Shown: positions 32,368 through 43,564, counted from the stretch's first letter. The stretch is DNA of 64,000 nucleotides from Nitrospirota bacterium (GCA_963737155.1 CAVTRN010000002.1:1504001-1568000), one strand, 5' to 3'. Numbers and translations are program-made. The notes: generated from the letters alone by a model not told the origin.

Positions 32368-33538
32368 ACAAATATTGAGAAGGCTCGATAGAGAAGAAAA
32401 ATGGTAATTCCTCGGGAACATCATTTGATGCTGCAATGACGAAGAGCTAAAAACTTGGAACCGCTACGGCGCAAAGATCTCGATGGTTTTTTTAAAGCCT
32501 TAAACGGGTTCAGTCCGTTCTTTGTGACGTCGCGATTTAAAATATATTATCTTATTAAGCCTTGCCTGACTAGTTATGGAAAATGTCCCTAAGGAGAAAC
32601 GAATATGCCGGGAAAAAACACATGATAAAGAACTAGAGGTACTGAAGGCCAATATTGCGCCCGAGTGAAGAGATCGCCGGATTCGCTGCAGGAGTGGAGA
32701 AATCCGCAGAAAATTATACCGAACAGTCGCACGTAGCTGCCCAACAGGAAACCCCCACCCATGGCGAGGAAGGCCGCGGTGTATGGGCGGACCTATTGCA
32801 CAAGCTTGATTCATCGGGGATCAAGGGTGAAAAAGTCGTCAGGGACCTTGCTGCCGAAGTGGTCCAGCACCGATGGTGTGTATTATGGCCGCATTCGAAC
32901 TGGGCTATATAATCGCCAAACTGTTATACTTCGAGAACAAATAATAAGGATACTAATGGCGCTCATTGATATCGCGACGGCCTTTCTGCATTTTCTGGAG
33001 CTAGAAGGGAAAACACTGAAAATAGCTTTGATGAATGTGGGATGGGCGCTTGCATTTTTCGGGTTTGCGTTCATTCTGATCTTGACTGCGGCGGGCTTTT
33101 CACTGGGTGGCCGCATCGCTCCTTGTGTCGTTCCTGGCTTTTGTACTTGTACTGATTTTCGCGAGCGTCGCAAGTTGGAAGACCGCTGCTGGCCTGCAAT
33201 GAGATGCGCATCTGTTCGCGAGTGGTCTCACCTGATGCAGGAGGCGATAGGCCATTTGGATGGCCAACTTATTGTTTATTATGAGTGGCCTAATGAAGTG
33301 TGATGAAAAGATAAAAGAGTAGCTCGTTCATGCACTATCTAAACTGCGTCCGCAATATGTCGCGCCAAAAAATCAATAACCGGGCTATTTCGGCTGAGCT
33401 CGCGGTCGAGAAGGCCCGTTGCTATGCCAAAAGCATCGTGGAAACTGTTCGAGAGCCTATTTCGGTCCTGGATGACAAACTGGAGATAATTTTGGAGACC
33501 CGCAGCGGGTTACCGCTAAAGCATCCCACGGAGGCATA

Positions 33539-34528
33539 ATGAAAAAAATAATGATCGTTTTTATCCCAGTGCTGTTTTTTTCCGTCAATGGCGACGCAGG
33601 TGAGCTTATTGCACAGGTTAATTCTGCGGAGGTTGCCCCACAGGCTTATACGGTGAGTCAACCACAAGACGTGAATGATCCTGAAAACACACTGCCCACT
33701 GTTCAGCAACAGCAATCACCTCAAAGCGCGTATGCTGGGAAGAAAACGGACCGTGCAGTTTCTACAGACAAGGTGAATTATTTTTCTTTAAATAATTGGC
33801 CCGGAAACAACGACGCGCAGGCCAAGTTCCAGATAAGCATGAAGTTCCGGGTGCTGCAACCGAACTTATATGTCTTCAAATATAACATTTTTCCTGCATA
33901 TTTAGCCTATACGCAGAAGTCGCTCTGGAACTTAGGGCGGCACCCTTTTTTTGCGGAAAGCAATTATAACCCGGAGTTTTTTTTAGATTATCCGGTCAAC
34001 GCCGTGATCTTCGGCCGGGTTAAATTGCGTAACATACTTATAAGTCCGCTCGAACACGAATCCGACGGTCTCGCCGGCGCACAGGCACGAAGCTGGAACA
34101 GGCAATATGTTCTGATCAAGTTCGGCCTCGAGTCGAAGGAGAAGCTGGAAGAAACGAGTTCTTTCCTGTCGGACAAGGCGTTATTGTATATTAAACTCTG
34201 GTACGCAGAGGGTTATTCCGACGAGACTGCCTATCTGCAATCTATCGGCAACAAAGCAACATTCCTCGACTACATGGGGCGAGGGGAGGTCGGGGTAAGC
34301 GTCAGGAATTTCCTCTGGGGCGGAAGCTTGAGGGACCACCAACTGGATGTAAAAACGCCGATATTCCGCGATTTCAACAAAGATTCTTACGAATTCGAAT
34401 TCCGGCAGCAACTTCCGAATACGAATTTCGCACTTTACCTGCAGTACTGGTATGGTTACGGAGAAACCCTGATGCGATTCGATCAGTTTGGACGAAGAGG
34501 TTTTATGGGGCTTGCTTTTTCTTATTAA
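33539..34528 (+). CDS. pldA: outer membrane phospholipase A (OMPLA)-like protein
   Basis: KFQISMK, YTQKSLW, ESNYNPE, HESDG, RSWNR, GYGETL, terminal aromatic residue. Confidence 0.85.
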   Translation: MKKIMIVFIPVLFFSVNGDAGELIAQVNSAEVAPQAYTVSQPQDVNDPENTLPTVQQQQSPQSAYAGKKTDRAVSTDKVNYFSLNNWPGNNDAQAKFQISMKFRVLQPNLYVFKYNIFPAYLAYTQKSLWNLGRHPFFAESNYNPEFFLDYPVNAVIFGRVKLRNILISPLEHESDGLAGAQARSWNRQYVLIKFGLESKEKLEETSSFLSDKALLYIKLWYAEGYSDETAYLQSIGNKATFLDYMGRGEVGVSVRNFLWGGSLRDHQLDVKTPIFRDFNKDSYEFEFRQQLPNTNFALYLQYWYGYGETLMRFDQFGRRGFMGLAFSY

Positions 34529-34714
34529 AGGTATGCGGATGCAGCAGTGGAGTATTTTAAATACCTCCATGGTATATAAAGAGTAATAAAACATGAAACC
34601 AATCCGCACCAGCATGCATATGCGTGTACGAGATGATACCTTAGGAGGTGGCGATTGATGGTAAAAAACGACAGGAGCAATACCCGACCGGAATAGTGAA
34701 GAAAGGTACGAATC

Positions 34715-36595
34715 ATGGCTGAAGATACGAAAGATGAGAAAGGCGGCATCCCCAAAATCTATTGGAGATATTTTGCTGTATTTATAGCAATTTCGATACT
34801 TATGTATGGTTGGAATATCTTTTTCAACCCCAACGCTCCCGCGCGCACTACGATAAACTACAGTCAGTTTATCGATCAACTGAGTGCAGGCAACATCAAA
34901 TCCGTTTCAATAAAAAAGGAACTGGTAAACGGAGAGTTGATTAAAGAGGTGAGCGTCTTACCGCCGGAAGAAAAGAAGCCCGTGCAAGTGAAATACTTCC
35001 AGACCGTCCTGCCTTCTTTCCAGGGTGAAGGACTCCTGTCCCAACTAAGGGAAAAGAATGTGATCATCACCATCGAGCCTGCTGAACAGGGCATGTTATG
35101 GCAGATGGTGGTCGGGGTCCTGCCCTGGGTGCTGATCATCGGTTTCTGGGTCCTGATGATGAAAAAGAATCAGCAGATTCAGGGAGGCGCTGGAGGCCTC
35201 TTTACCTTCGGTGCAAGCAAGGCCAAACTGTATGATGCGAAAAAACCGAGTGTGACCTTTAAAGACGTAGCCGGGATGGACAATGTGAAGATGGAACTGA
35301 GAGAGACCATAGAGTTTCTGAAAGACCCCTCCCGGTTCGAGAAGATCGGAGCAAAGGTCCCGAAGGGCGTGCTTCTTATCGGTCCTCCGGGAACAGGCAA
35401 GACCCTTTTTGCGCGGGCAACCGCAGGGGAGGCCGCAGTGCCTTTTTACAGCATCAGCGCTTCCGAGTTCATAGAGATGTTCGTAGGGGTCGGCGCCTCA
35501 CGGGTCAGGGACATGTTCAAAAAAGCCAAGGACACCCAGCCGAGCATTATTTTTATAGATGAAATTGATGCAGTAGGACGTACTCGCGGCGCGGGGCTTG
35601 GAGGCGGAAGTGATGAACGGGAGCAAACGCTGAACCAGCTTTTGAGTGAAATGGATGGATTTAATCCCCACGAAGAAGTGATCGTTATGGCTGCGACTAA
35701 CAGGCCGGATGTTCTGGACCCAGCACTTCTCCGCCCGGGAAGGTTTGACCGGCATATTGTGATAGACAGGCCGGGCTGGAAAGAGCGGAAGGCGATACTG
35801 GAAATCCATGTGAGGGGCAAGAAACTGGCGCGTGATGTCGATTTCGAAGCCCTGGCAAAGGGTACTCCGGGCATGACCGGCGCCGACCTCGAGAATCTCA
35901 CCAACGAGGCCGCTTTGATCGCCTTGCGGAAGAACAAAGAAATGATAGACCGGCTTGATTTTTTAGAGGCCGAGGACAGTATCCTGATGGGAACAGTGAA
36001 GGAGTTGACCATCAGCGATTTGGAAAAGCGGATAACGGCCTATCATGAGGCAGGTCACACGCTCACCGCGTGGCTATTGCCTGGAGCCGATCCCATATAC
36101 AAGGTTAGTATTATACCCCGCGGGATCGCGATGGGTGTTACTCAGCTCCTGCCCGGCGAAGACCGGCATTATTATCCCCGCACCTATCTTATGAACAGGT
36201 TGAGCATCAACCTTGCCGGACGAGTTGCGGAAAAGATCGTTTTTAACGATATTAGCAGCGGCGCACAGAATGACCTGAAAGATGCGACTTCTCTTGCCGA
36301 GAAAATGGTGGCACAGTGGGGAATGAGCGATAAGGTAGGTCCGATCAATCTCGGGCGCGGTGAAGAACATCCATTCTTGGGCAGGGAGTTGTCTCTGCCA
36401 AAACGGTACAGCGAGGAGATGGCCTGGCTTATGGACCAGGAAATCCAGAAAATCGTTATCGATGCAGAATCCAGGGCAACTGAAATATTGTCAGGGAAAA
36501 GGCATGCTCTTGACGCGCTTGCGGAAGCGTTAATAAAGGAAGAGGTGCTTGAAAGGGCCGATGTGGAACGGATAATACAGGGTACTCAAAAATAG
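34715..36595 (+). CDS. ftsH: ATP-dependent zinc metalloprotease FtsH
   Basis: Two TMs, [24 protein letters not shown]. Confidence 0.97.
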   Translation: MAEDTKDEKGGIPKIYWRYFAVFIAISILMYGWNIFFNPNAPARTTINYSQFIDQLSAGNIKSVSIKKELVNGELIKEVSVLPPEEKKPVQVKYFQTVLPSFQGEGLLSQLREKNVIITIEPAEQGMLWQMVVGVLPWVLIIGFWVLMMKKNQQIQGGAGGLFTFGASKAKLYDAKKPSVTFKDVAGMDNVKMELRETIEFLKDPSRFEKIGAKVPKGVLLIGPPGTGKTLFARATAGEAAVPFYSISASEFIEMFVGVGASRVRDMFKKAKDTQPSIIFIDEIDAVGRTRGAGLGGGSDEREQTLNQLLSEMDGFNPHEEVIVMAATNRPDVLDPALLRPGRFDRHIVIDRPGWKERKAILEIHVRGKKLARDVDFEALAKGTPGMTGADLENLTNEAALIALRKNKEMIDRLDFLEAEDSILMGTVKELTISDLEKRITAYHEAGHTLTAWLLPGADPIYKVSIIPRGIAMGVTQLLPGEDRHYYPRTYLMNRLSINLAGRVAEKIVFNDISSGAQNDLKDATSLAEKMVAQWGMSDKVGPINLGRGEEHPFLGRELSLPKRYSEEMAWLMDQEIQKIVIDAESRATEILSGKRHALDALAEALIKEEVLERADVERIIQGTQK

Positions 36596-36747
36596 TGCAT
36601 CAGACCGGATCCCCCGGGCGAATAACTCTCCTTGGGCACGAAATGAGCAATGCTTTAAAAAAACGTCAATGTGAATAAGCAACGAAATCGATGCTTCTAA
36701 ACGCGATATACTTAGAATGATGAATTAGTATCCCCAAGGAGAAGTCT

Positions 36748-37120
36748 ATGAAAACGGCAAAGGGTTTGTGGATCGACCATAGAAAGGCCGTTATCATGGC
36801 TGTTACGGAGAAAGGAGAGGTAGTAAAAGAGATAGTTTCATTGGTGGAAAAACAACTCGGCCGTTTTGAGGGCATGCGCTCAACGACTCCCTATGAATCT
36901 CAGCTGGTTCCGGCAGATGATTCACAGGAAAGAGGTCTACGGGACATCTCGTCAAATACTACGCGAGGTGATATTGCATCTTAACGATGCGGAATTAATC
37001 CTGATCTTTGGTTCCGGCGAGGCAAAGGGTTCCAAGCTGAGTGGCCGTGTAGCAGGTATTGAGACAGTTGACAAGATGACCGATCGTCAGAGTGCGGCGA
37101 AAGTCCGGACGTACTTGTAA
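36748..37120 (+). pseudogene. release-factor-fold / host-attachment-like protein, frameshifted
   Basis: GLWIDHRKAVI..., shift, ILIFGSGEAK...ETVDKMTDRQ..AKVR. Confidence 0.7.
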
Positions 37121-37312
37121 AACAATGTTCAGAAATAGGGTTGAGGTAAAAAATCAGCCTGGTGCCCGGCAAGGTCCACTGCAACGGAAGAAGGCAGGTC
37201 GCTGTGTGCGAGCTTGATTGAACCGCAATACGCTAACATCTTTCTTCCAATTGTGCAACCGCCTTGGCAATGCCACTATGGTCCCTTCAAGATGCCGAAC
37301 TATCTTAATAAC

Positions 37313-38782
37313 ATGGTTGTACACAAGAAAAAAATTTTATTCATAACTACGGGCGTAATCACGCTTGTAGTCTTAGTGAGCGTCCTCGTTCTCCTGCTCA
37401 ATATGCAATGCTTCAAGCCGCAGATCGAGGCAGCTGCATCGAATGCTCTGGGAATGGATATCCGGATCAGGGGCAGGATGGGCATTGCTCTCTTCCCGGG
37501 TTTCGGTCTGTCGCTGAAGAACACCAGCGTGCAGAACGGGGAAGCGGATGTAGTTACCATTGAGAAGATGAGGATCGGTTTGAAGCTCATCCCCCTTATG
37601 AGGCACGAAATCCAGATAAGCCGGGTTGAGCTTATCAAGCCGGCCTTCTCCATCGTGCGGGACAAGAACGGGATGCTAAATTTTAAAAAAACAGGACGCA
37701 CGCTTTTGGGAAAGCCCCTCGCTGTGGAAAAGATATCCATCTCCCAGGGGAGACTTGTTTATACTAACGAAAGATCCGGCGAGAGGGTCGAAGTGGGCGA
37801 CTTCGATATGACCATACGAAACCTGTCGTACAACGGTACAAATAGCGTGGAACCAGCTAAGAACGGCTCATTCACCGGCGATATCAGCTGCAAGAAGCTC
37901 AAGATCAACAACATCACTATTACAAACCTGGTGATGAGAGCAACAGGGGAAAACGGAATACTCGATATCAACCAAGTCAGGATGGACATATTCGGCGGGA
38001 CCGGGAAGGGGAGCATTCATGTGGACGTGACGGGGGCATCGCCTTATTTCCGGGTAATCTATACTCTCAACCGGTTCAGGATCGAGGAACTAATGCAGGC
38101 ATCCCCGCCCGGGAAAATCCCAAAGAAAAGCATAGAAGGGACGGTCAACTTTTCCGCAAACCTGACGGCAACGGGGAAGAGCGCAGATGAAGTGAAGCGA
38201 TCGCTCAACGGCGACCTTTCTTTGAATGGGGAGAACCTTATGCTCAACGGCATCGATATCGATGCCCTTATCCCAAAGTACGAACGAAGCCAGAACTTCA
38301 ACCTCGTGGATGTAGGGGCGTTCTTCCTCGCCGGCCCCTTCGGCCCGGTACTCACCAAGAGCTACAATTTCGCAAGCCTGTACGAAGAGTCGCGAGGCGG
38401 AAAAGGGATCATCAGAAAACTTGTCTCACTCTGGAAAGTAAATCACGGTATTGCCGAGGCGAACGACGTGGCCCTTGCATCAAACAAACACAGGATCGCC
38501 ATGAAGGGTGGATTGAACTTCATCGACGACCGTTTTGTTGACGTAGTCGTAGCGGTTCTCGATAAAAGAGGGTGCGCTGTTTACAGCCAGAAGGTACACG
38601 GACCGTTCCGTAAACCGCAGATCGAGAAGGTAAGTGTCTTAAAATCAATATCGGGGTCCGTGTTGAACGCGCTGGGGGATGTGTGGAAATTAATTCAGGG
38701 TAAATCGTGCACACCATTTTACTCAGGTTCGGTGGCGCAACCGGAGGGGTTCTCAACTGGTCATGCTTTAATTGTATATTAG
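37313..38782 (+). CDS. AsmA family protein (last 10 aa read from the inserted element)
   Basis: N-terminal TM, KPQIEAAASNALG, RVELIKP, beta-rich repeats; start uncertain (37214-37313). Confidence 0.85.
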   Translation: MVVHKKKILFITTGVITLVVLVSVLVLLLNMQCFKPQIEAAASNALGMDIRIRGRMGIALFPGFGLSLKNTSVQNGEADVVTIEKMRIGLKLIPLMRHEIQISRVELIKPAFSIVRDKNGMLNFKKTGRTLLGKPLAVEKISISQGRLVYTNERSGERVEVGDFDMTIRNLSYNGTNSVEPAKNGSFTGDISCKKLKINNITITNLVMRATGENGILDINQVRMDIFGGTGKGSIHVDVTGASPYFRVIYTLNRFRIEELMQASPPGKIPKKSIEGTVNFSANLTATGKSADEVKRSLNGDLSLNGENLMLNGIDIDALIPKYERSQNFNLVDVGAFFLAGPFGPVLTKSYNFASLYEESRGGKGIIRKLVSLWKVNHGIAEANDVALASNKHRIAMKGGLNFIDDRFVDVVVAVLDKRGCAVYSQKVHGPFRKPQIEKVSVLKSISGSVLNALGDVWKLIQGKSCTPFYSGSVAQPEGFSTGHALIVY

Positions 38783-38821
38783 CAACTTTTATGATATATT
38801 ATATTTAATGGAATATATAAA

Positions 38822-40377
38822 CCTCAATAATGCACGAAAAAGGATATCTTAGTCATAAAACCAGCATAAACATTGATCGACGAAGTACGAGTTACTTGCA
38901 AAATCGTTAAAATTAAACTAGCTTGAGCCTATCAATTTTCTTGAGGGCAGCCTCAAACTGCTCGCGGTAGTGGTAATCGTGTGGCAATGCCAGGACATTC
39001 CGGCTGCCTTCCTTGCTCAGCTTGGCTGGCAAAACAAGGAAATCGGTACGTATTGAATCCAGTGTGGCGTTCAAATACTCTTTCGGAAGACAGAGCCGCT
39101 TGAACCAATGCATGATGTCGAAGGCTAATAACAATAATTGGAAGAATGCTACATTCGCCAGCCAATCCTCCGTCGGTATTTTGCCAAGGGGATAATCGTA
39201 AAGCAGTTCTCGAATGTTCTTCTCGATAGTTGCCCGTTTGGCGTAGAACTGCCAGATTCGCCAGGGATGAGCTTTGATGTTCGTCACAATGACGTGATAG
39301 GCATACTTCCGATCTTTGAAAAGTGTCAGTTGCTTGGCTTCTATCGGATCGTCGGGGATGGGACGCCGTACCACGATAAAACGATGCAGATTTTTCCAGT
39401 GCAACGGTTTGTACTTGAACTCGCTCACTTCCCAACCAGTCCCCAGTGATTTGAATCTGCATGCCCTGGCTTGGGATTTGATGGTGGAATATTCTTTGGC
39501 TACAATCGCGTAACCTATGCCAAGGGCATCGAGAAATTCGATCACATTGTGGCCGAAGAACCCTGAATCGGCCCGTATACGGATTCTTGACCGCGAGATG
39601 TTTTTGGGTGCTTTGGCCAAGCAGCGCTTCATGAACGAGATCACACCTGAACTGGAAGCAGCATTCCCCGGTCGGAGTGATCCATGCCAGAATTCCTGAA
39701 GATGCGCTTCGAAACACAAAAGCGGATGATAAGAACGTCTGCCTCGCTTCTTGGGATTGTACCCGACACGGGCGAACTGTATTTTCCCATAGATTGTCAG
39801 CACCACGGAGTCCAGGTCGAAGATCAGCGATGTTCTCGGTTTGGGTAAAGGAAACAACATAAGCCGAAGCCGATCGTGGAGTGCAACAAGTTGCCGGATG
39901 TCTTTGGGCGTAAGTCGTTTGAGAAATCGACGGATCGTAGACTGATTCGGGAATTGTGGCAACCCTAAGAGCGAGAGAAACACTCCGTTGTATTGTAATA
40001 TCTCGGTCTTGTTGATTCGGCGAAGGCCAACCATGACCGCAAAGAGCAGGGCGAGGATGAGATCGGAAGGACGATAGCTGCCATTGCGGAGATTCACTGT
40101 CACCACTTGCTTTAATAGGCGGCGCAGTCCGAGTTTGTTGCAAAATCGTTGGAGTAGTACCATCCCGCCGAAGTGCGTTAGGTGAGTATCTTTGAACGAT
40201 AGACGCAGTGTTTGCAGGCCTTTTGACATTGTAAAACGCGAAATAAGGTGAGTAAATGGCTTCTTCCGGAAACCGTCCATTTTGGACGGATTCCGGTATA
40301 TAAAAATTATAACGTTCTATATGCATTTTTGCTGAATCTTTTGATATCGCATTCATGATTTTCATGCATTATTGAGG
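38822..40377 (-). mobile_element. IS1380-family insertion sequence
   Basis: IRs CCTCAATAATGCAYGAAAA; 5-bp duplication ATAAA at 38817-38821 and 40378-40382. Confidence 0.92.
38913..40280 (-). CDS. IS1380-family transposase
   Basis: LTHFGG, QSTIRRFL, DLDS, GYNPKKRGRRSYHPL, LRPGN, RADSGF, YAKRATIE. Confidence 0.93.
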   Translation of the reverse strand: MDGFRKKPFTHLISRFTMSKGLQTLRLSFKDTHLTHFGGMVLLQRFCNKLGLRRLLKQVVTVNLRNGSYRPSDLILALLFAVMVGLRRINKTEILQYNGVFLSLLGLPQFPNQSTIRRFLKRLTPKDIRQLVALHDRLRLMLFPLPKPRTSLIFDLDSVVLTIYGKIQFARVGYNPKKRGRRSYHPLLCFEAHLQEFWHGSLRPGNAASSSGVISFMKRCLAKAPKNISRSRIRIRADSGFFGHNVIEFLDALGIGYAIVAKEYSTIKSQARACRFKSLGTGWEVSEFKYKPLHWKNLHRFIVVRRPIPDDPIEAKQLTLFKDRKYAYHVIVTNIKAHPWRIWQFYAKRATIEKNIRELLYDYPLGKIPTEDWLANVAFFQLLLLAFDIMHWFKRLCLPKEYLNATLDSIRTDFLVLPAKLSKEGSRNVLALPHDYHYREQFEAALKKIDRLKLV

Positions 40378-40425
40378 ATAAATAAGGGTTACGCATCAGT
40401 AAACCAATAACTTGAGGCCGTAAAA

Positions 40426-42117
40426 ATGTCAAATGGGAAAAGAAGCAAAAATAAGAATGTTGGTGGAAAAGACACCCTGTCATTCACTGCAAATATGCTT
40501 CTGGATGATCATCCCTACCCGGAAATAAAGACCTCTCTTTACGCCATCCTCGACGATACGGGCATCTTGTATGGCCGTATAAAGAGGACTCTGTTCAAAG
40601 ACTGCATTCGCTCCGGCAAAAAAACAACAGAATTAAAGAACGAGTACCTGTCAACGTACAAGATCACCGCACGGCAGTTCAATGCAATCCGCTATGATCT
40701 GGACGGGAATGTCAAGGTGGTAACGGAAATCAACAAGCTCAGGACCCTGGATCTTGAAGAGAAAATAATATCGGTAAAAAAGTGGATTGCAAACAATGAA
40801 TCAGGAATACTCAAAATAACGGCTGATGCGGGTATCCCGAACACTGAAAAAAAGAACCAGGCAAGAGAGCTTCAGTATCGTGTTGATAATAAGAAACGAA
40901 AGCTTGCTTCTTTGGAGCAAAAGCTTTCCAAACTCAGGGAAGATCAGAAAAACGGGCGGGTAAGGATTTGTTTCGGGTCAAACAAGATATTCAGAAAACA
41001 ATTTTCCCTGGAGGAAAACGGGTACAAGAGCCACAATGAATGGCTTCTGGACTGGAAAGGGTCTCGCAATAACACCTTCTTTTGCCTTGGCTCGAAGGAC
41101 GAATCGGGCGGGAACCAAACGTGCACCCTGAAGTCCGATGGGACGATGAGATTAAGGGTCCCTGATTGTATAAAGGACAAATACGGGCATTCCATTATAA
41201 TGCCCAGCATAAAATATCCCTATGGCCAGGAACATATCGAAGCGGCCCTTCAGGCCGGAACAGCGATTTCTCACCGGTTTACCAGGGGCGGGAAGGGCTG
41301 GTACCTGCACACGACGGTAGATATTCCAAAGGCAAAAACAGTTACTTGCAAGCCAAAGGAAATCGGGTCTATCGGAGTGGACGTCAATGAAAAAGAAATT
41401 GCGGTTAGCGAGACCGACCGGTACGGGAATTATGTCAGGAGCATAACATATCCATCCTGCGTTAAGGATTTGCGCACTGAACAGACAGAAGCAATGTATA
41501 GCGATATCTGCAAATCCATCGTGGACCGGGCAGCCAAGACGGGAAAACCTATATCCCACGAAGAACTCGATTTTAGCAAGAAGAAAGCATCCTTAAAAGA
41601 GCAGGGCGTTACTTACGCAAGGATGCTTTCCGGTTTTGCCTACGGAACCTTCCTCACCCTGCTGGATAGAAGGGCGGCAAAACATGGCGTTTCCGTGCTC
41701 CCGGTCAACCCTGCTTTCACCACGATCATAGGGAAATTTAATTACGTGGACCGCTATGGCATTACGTCGCATGAAGCTGCGGCGCTGGCCATCGCGAGAC
41801 GTTCTCAACATTTCAGTGAAAGGCCTGATTCCGCCAGAATCGCGTCTCCCGTACCTGCAAGGAATCGGGGGGCGCATATCTGGAGCATTTGGAGAAGGCT
41901 GAAGACGAGACGGGCGGGCGGTAGCATTAGCCTGACCGGCTCAAGGCGGTCCTTACAGGACTCCTCAGGTTGCGCTGAACCACAAACGAAATTTACAGCA
42001 ACGACGACAGCGCAATCCATGCGGCCACCTCTTGCTACAATAAAGAGTGTACACCGCCGCATGGGATCCCAATTCATAAATCACGGGACTTGGGTGAATC
42101 AGAGGCATGCGCCCTGA
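40426..42117 (+). CDS. tnpB: TnpB-related RNA-guided nuclease (large, zinc-finger-less type)
   Basis: RuvC-I IGVDVN, RuvC-II HEELDF, VNPAFTT...SHEAAALAIARR. Confidence 0.85.
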   Translation: MSNGKRSKNKNVGGKDTLSFTANMLLDDHPYPEIKTSLYAILDDTGILYGRIKRTLFKDCIRSGKKTTELKNEYLSTYKITARQFNAIRYDLDGNVKVVTEINKLRTLDLEEKIISVKKWIANNESGILKITADAGIPNTEKKNQARELQYRVDNKKRKLASLEQKLSKLREDQKNGRVRICFGSNKIFRKQFSLEENGYKSHNEWLLDWKGSRNNTFFCLGSKDESGGNQTCTLKSDGTMRLRVPDCIKDKYGHSIIMPSIKYPYGQEHIEAALQAGTAISHRFTRGGKGWYLHTTVDIPKAKTVTCKPKEIGSIGVDVNEKEIAVSETDRYGNYVRSITYPSCVKDLRTEQTEAMYSDICKSIVDRAAKTGKPISHEELDFSKKKASLKEQGVTYARMLSGFAYGTFLTLLDRRAAKHGVSVLPVNPAFTTIIGKFNYVDRYGITSHEAAALAIARRSQHFSERPDSARIASPVPARNRGAHIWSIWRRLKTRRAGGSISLTGSRRSLQDSSGCAEPQTKFTATTTAQSMRPPLATIKSVHRRMGSQFINHGTWVNQRHAP

Positions 42118-42442
42118 CGTTAACCGGCAGCAGCACTGTTCGGCTGCCGTCCTAGTATATGGAAATAAAATACTATGGTTCCAAGAACGGTAAGAGTACT
42201 CAACCGTTACTTCTTTCACTTTAGGCGGAGCAGGAGCAAGACGATTCTACTCTGTTGTAATAATTGCATCGTTGTCATTCTCCAAGGTCCACCTCTCCGC
42301 ATAACAATATACTCTGCATTATGCTCGATTTATGGGGTCAACTATAGACTTATAAATTTGCGCTAAGACTTTGTATATGCTAAAATTGTTTATCCATACT
42401 AACATGTAATGTTTCGGTGATAACCTCTCGAAGGGAACGATT

Positions 42443-43564
42443 ATGGGCGGTATAGAGATTATTGTTGCGGAAGGGGGGTCGGAATTAAAGGACTTCATTG
42501 ACCTGCCGTGGAGGATCCATGCTAAGCACCCCAACTGGGTTCCTCCCCTTAAGAAAGAGGTTCTCCGGATGCTGGACCCCCACAGACACCCTTTCTGGGA
42601 GTTTTCTGAGGGCATCCTCTTTCTGGCCCGACGTGGTTCGGAAACGGTGGGAAGGATCGCGGGCATCATAGATCGCCGTTATAACCAGTTCCACAACGAA
42701 AAGATGGGCATCTGGGGATTCTTCGAATGTGCTGACGATCCGGAGATTGCGGCAGCCCTCTTCTCTTCCGTGGAAACGTGGGTTCGCCGGAAAGGGATGG
42801 CCTTCATGAGAGGCCCGCTCAACCTGTCCACCAATTACGAGGTGGGCTTGCTCATTGAGGGCTTCAATTATCCGCCTGTCGTGATGATGGCATACAACCC
42901 GCCGTACTACCTGGGGCTGGTCGAATCGTGCGGCTACACCAAAGAAAAGGACCTGTTGGCTTTCCTGATAGATGGCGAGTACCGGCTTCCTGAGTGGATG
43001 GATCATCTTGCTGAACGGATAGCCAAAAAAAAGGGTATCCATATCAGGCTCTTTCGTCCAAAAGAAGAGGATGCTGAGTTTGCCCTTATCAGGGAGATAT
43101 ACAATGCCTCTTGGTCCAGTAATTGGGGTTTCGTCCCCCTGACCGATAACGAAATGCGGGACATTCAAAAGAACGTAATGGAATTCGCAGATCCGGACTT
43201 GGCTTTTTTCATCTATTATGAGAATGAACCCGCAGCAGTATGCGTGATCTTTCCCGACATTAACCCATTGCTCAAGCGTCTTAACGGGCGGATCGGTCTC
43301 ATGGGTCTGCTGAAGTTCCTCATATATCGGCGTGAGATCAAGGGACTGAGGTGTTTGATGTTCGGGATCAAGGAAGAGTACCGACAACTGGGAATCCCTT
43401 TGCTTGCCTTTCACCACATATATGAGATCGCGAGGAGACAAAAGAAATATCAGCAGCTGGAGATGGGCTGGACCCTGGAGGACAACGAGTCGATCAACTC
43501 TTTGATTGATGAAGCGGGCGCAAAAAGATATAAAAAATATCGAATATTCAGAAAGTCCTTATGA
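42443..43564 (+). CDS. YghO / bacterial ceramide synthase-like GNAT acyltransferase
   Basis: FIDLPW...WVPPL, VGRIA, GFFEC, RGP, GLLIEGF, YNPPYY, WGFVP, PDIN, WTLEDN. Confidence 0.85.
   Translation: MGGIEIIVAEGGSELKDFIDLPWRIHAKHPNWVPPLKKEVLRMLDPHRHPFWEFSEGILFLARRGSETVGRIAGIIDRRYNQFHNEKMGIWGFFECADDPEIAAALFSSVETWVRRKGMAFMRGPLNLSTNYEVGLLIEGFNYPPVVMMAYNPPYYLGLVESCGYTKEKDLLAFLIDGEYRLPEWMDHLAERIAKKKGIHIRLFRPKEEDAEFALIREIYNASWSSNWGFVPLTDNEMRDIQKNVMEFADPDLAFFIYYENEPAAVCVIFPDINPLLKRLNGRIGLMGLLKFLIYRREIKGLRCLMFGIKEEYRQLGIPLLAFHHIYEIARRQKKYQQLEMGWTLEDNESINSLIDEAGAKRYKKYRIFRKSL

Larger units (their letters stand above)
38750..42190 (+). mobile_element. non-autonomous IS607-like tnpB element with nested IS1380
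   Basis: Left flank ends GGG (38749), element ends AACGG (42190); removal gives asmA ...CCG GAG GGG TAA; no tnpA. Confidence 0.7.

Noticed and set aside
32560-33539. ORFs 32655-32912, 32761-33303 and 33330-33539
   Set aside because: Appear to be frameshifted remnants (membrane protein, PAS fragment); no coherent product assignable
42118-42440. Possible CRISPR array next to the TnpB/Cas12-like gene
   Set aside because: No repeat-spacer periodicity here or elsewhere in the window; no cas1/cas2
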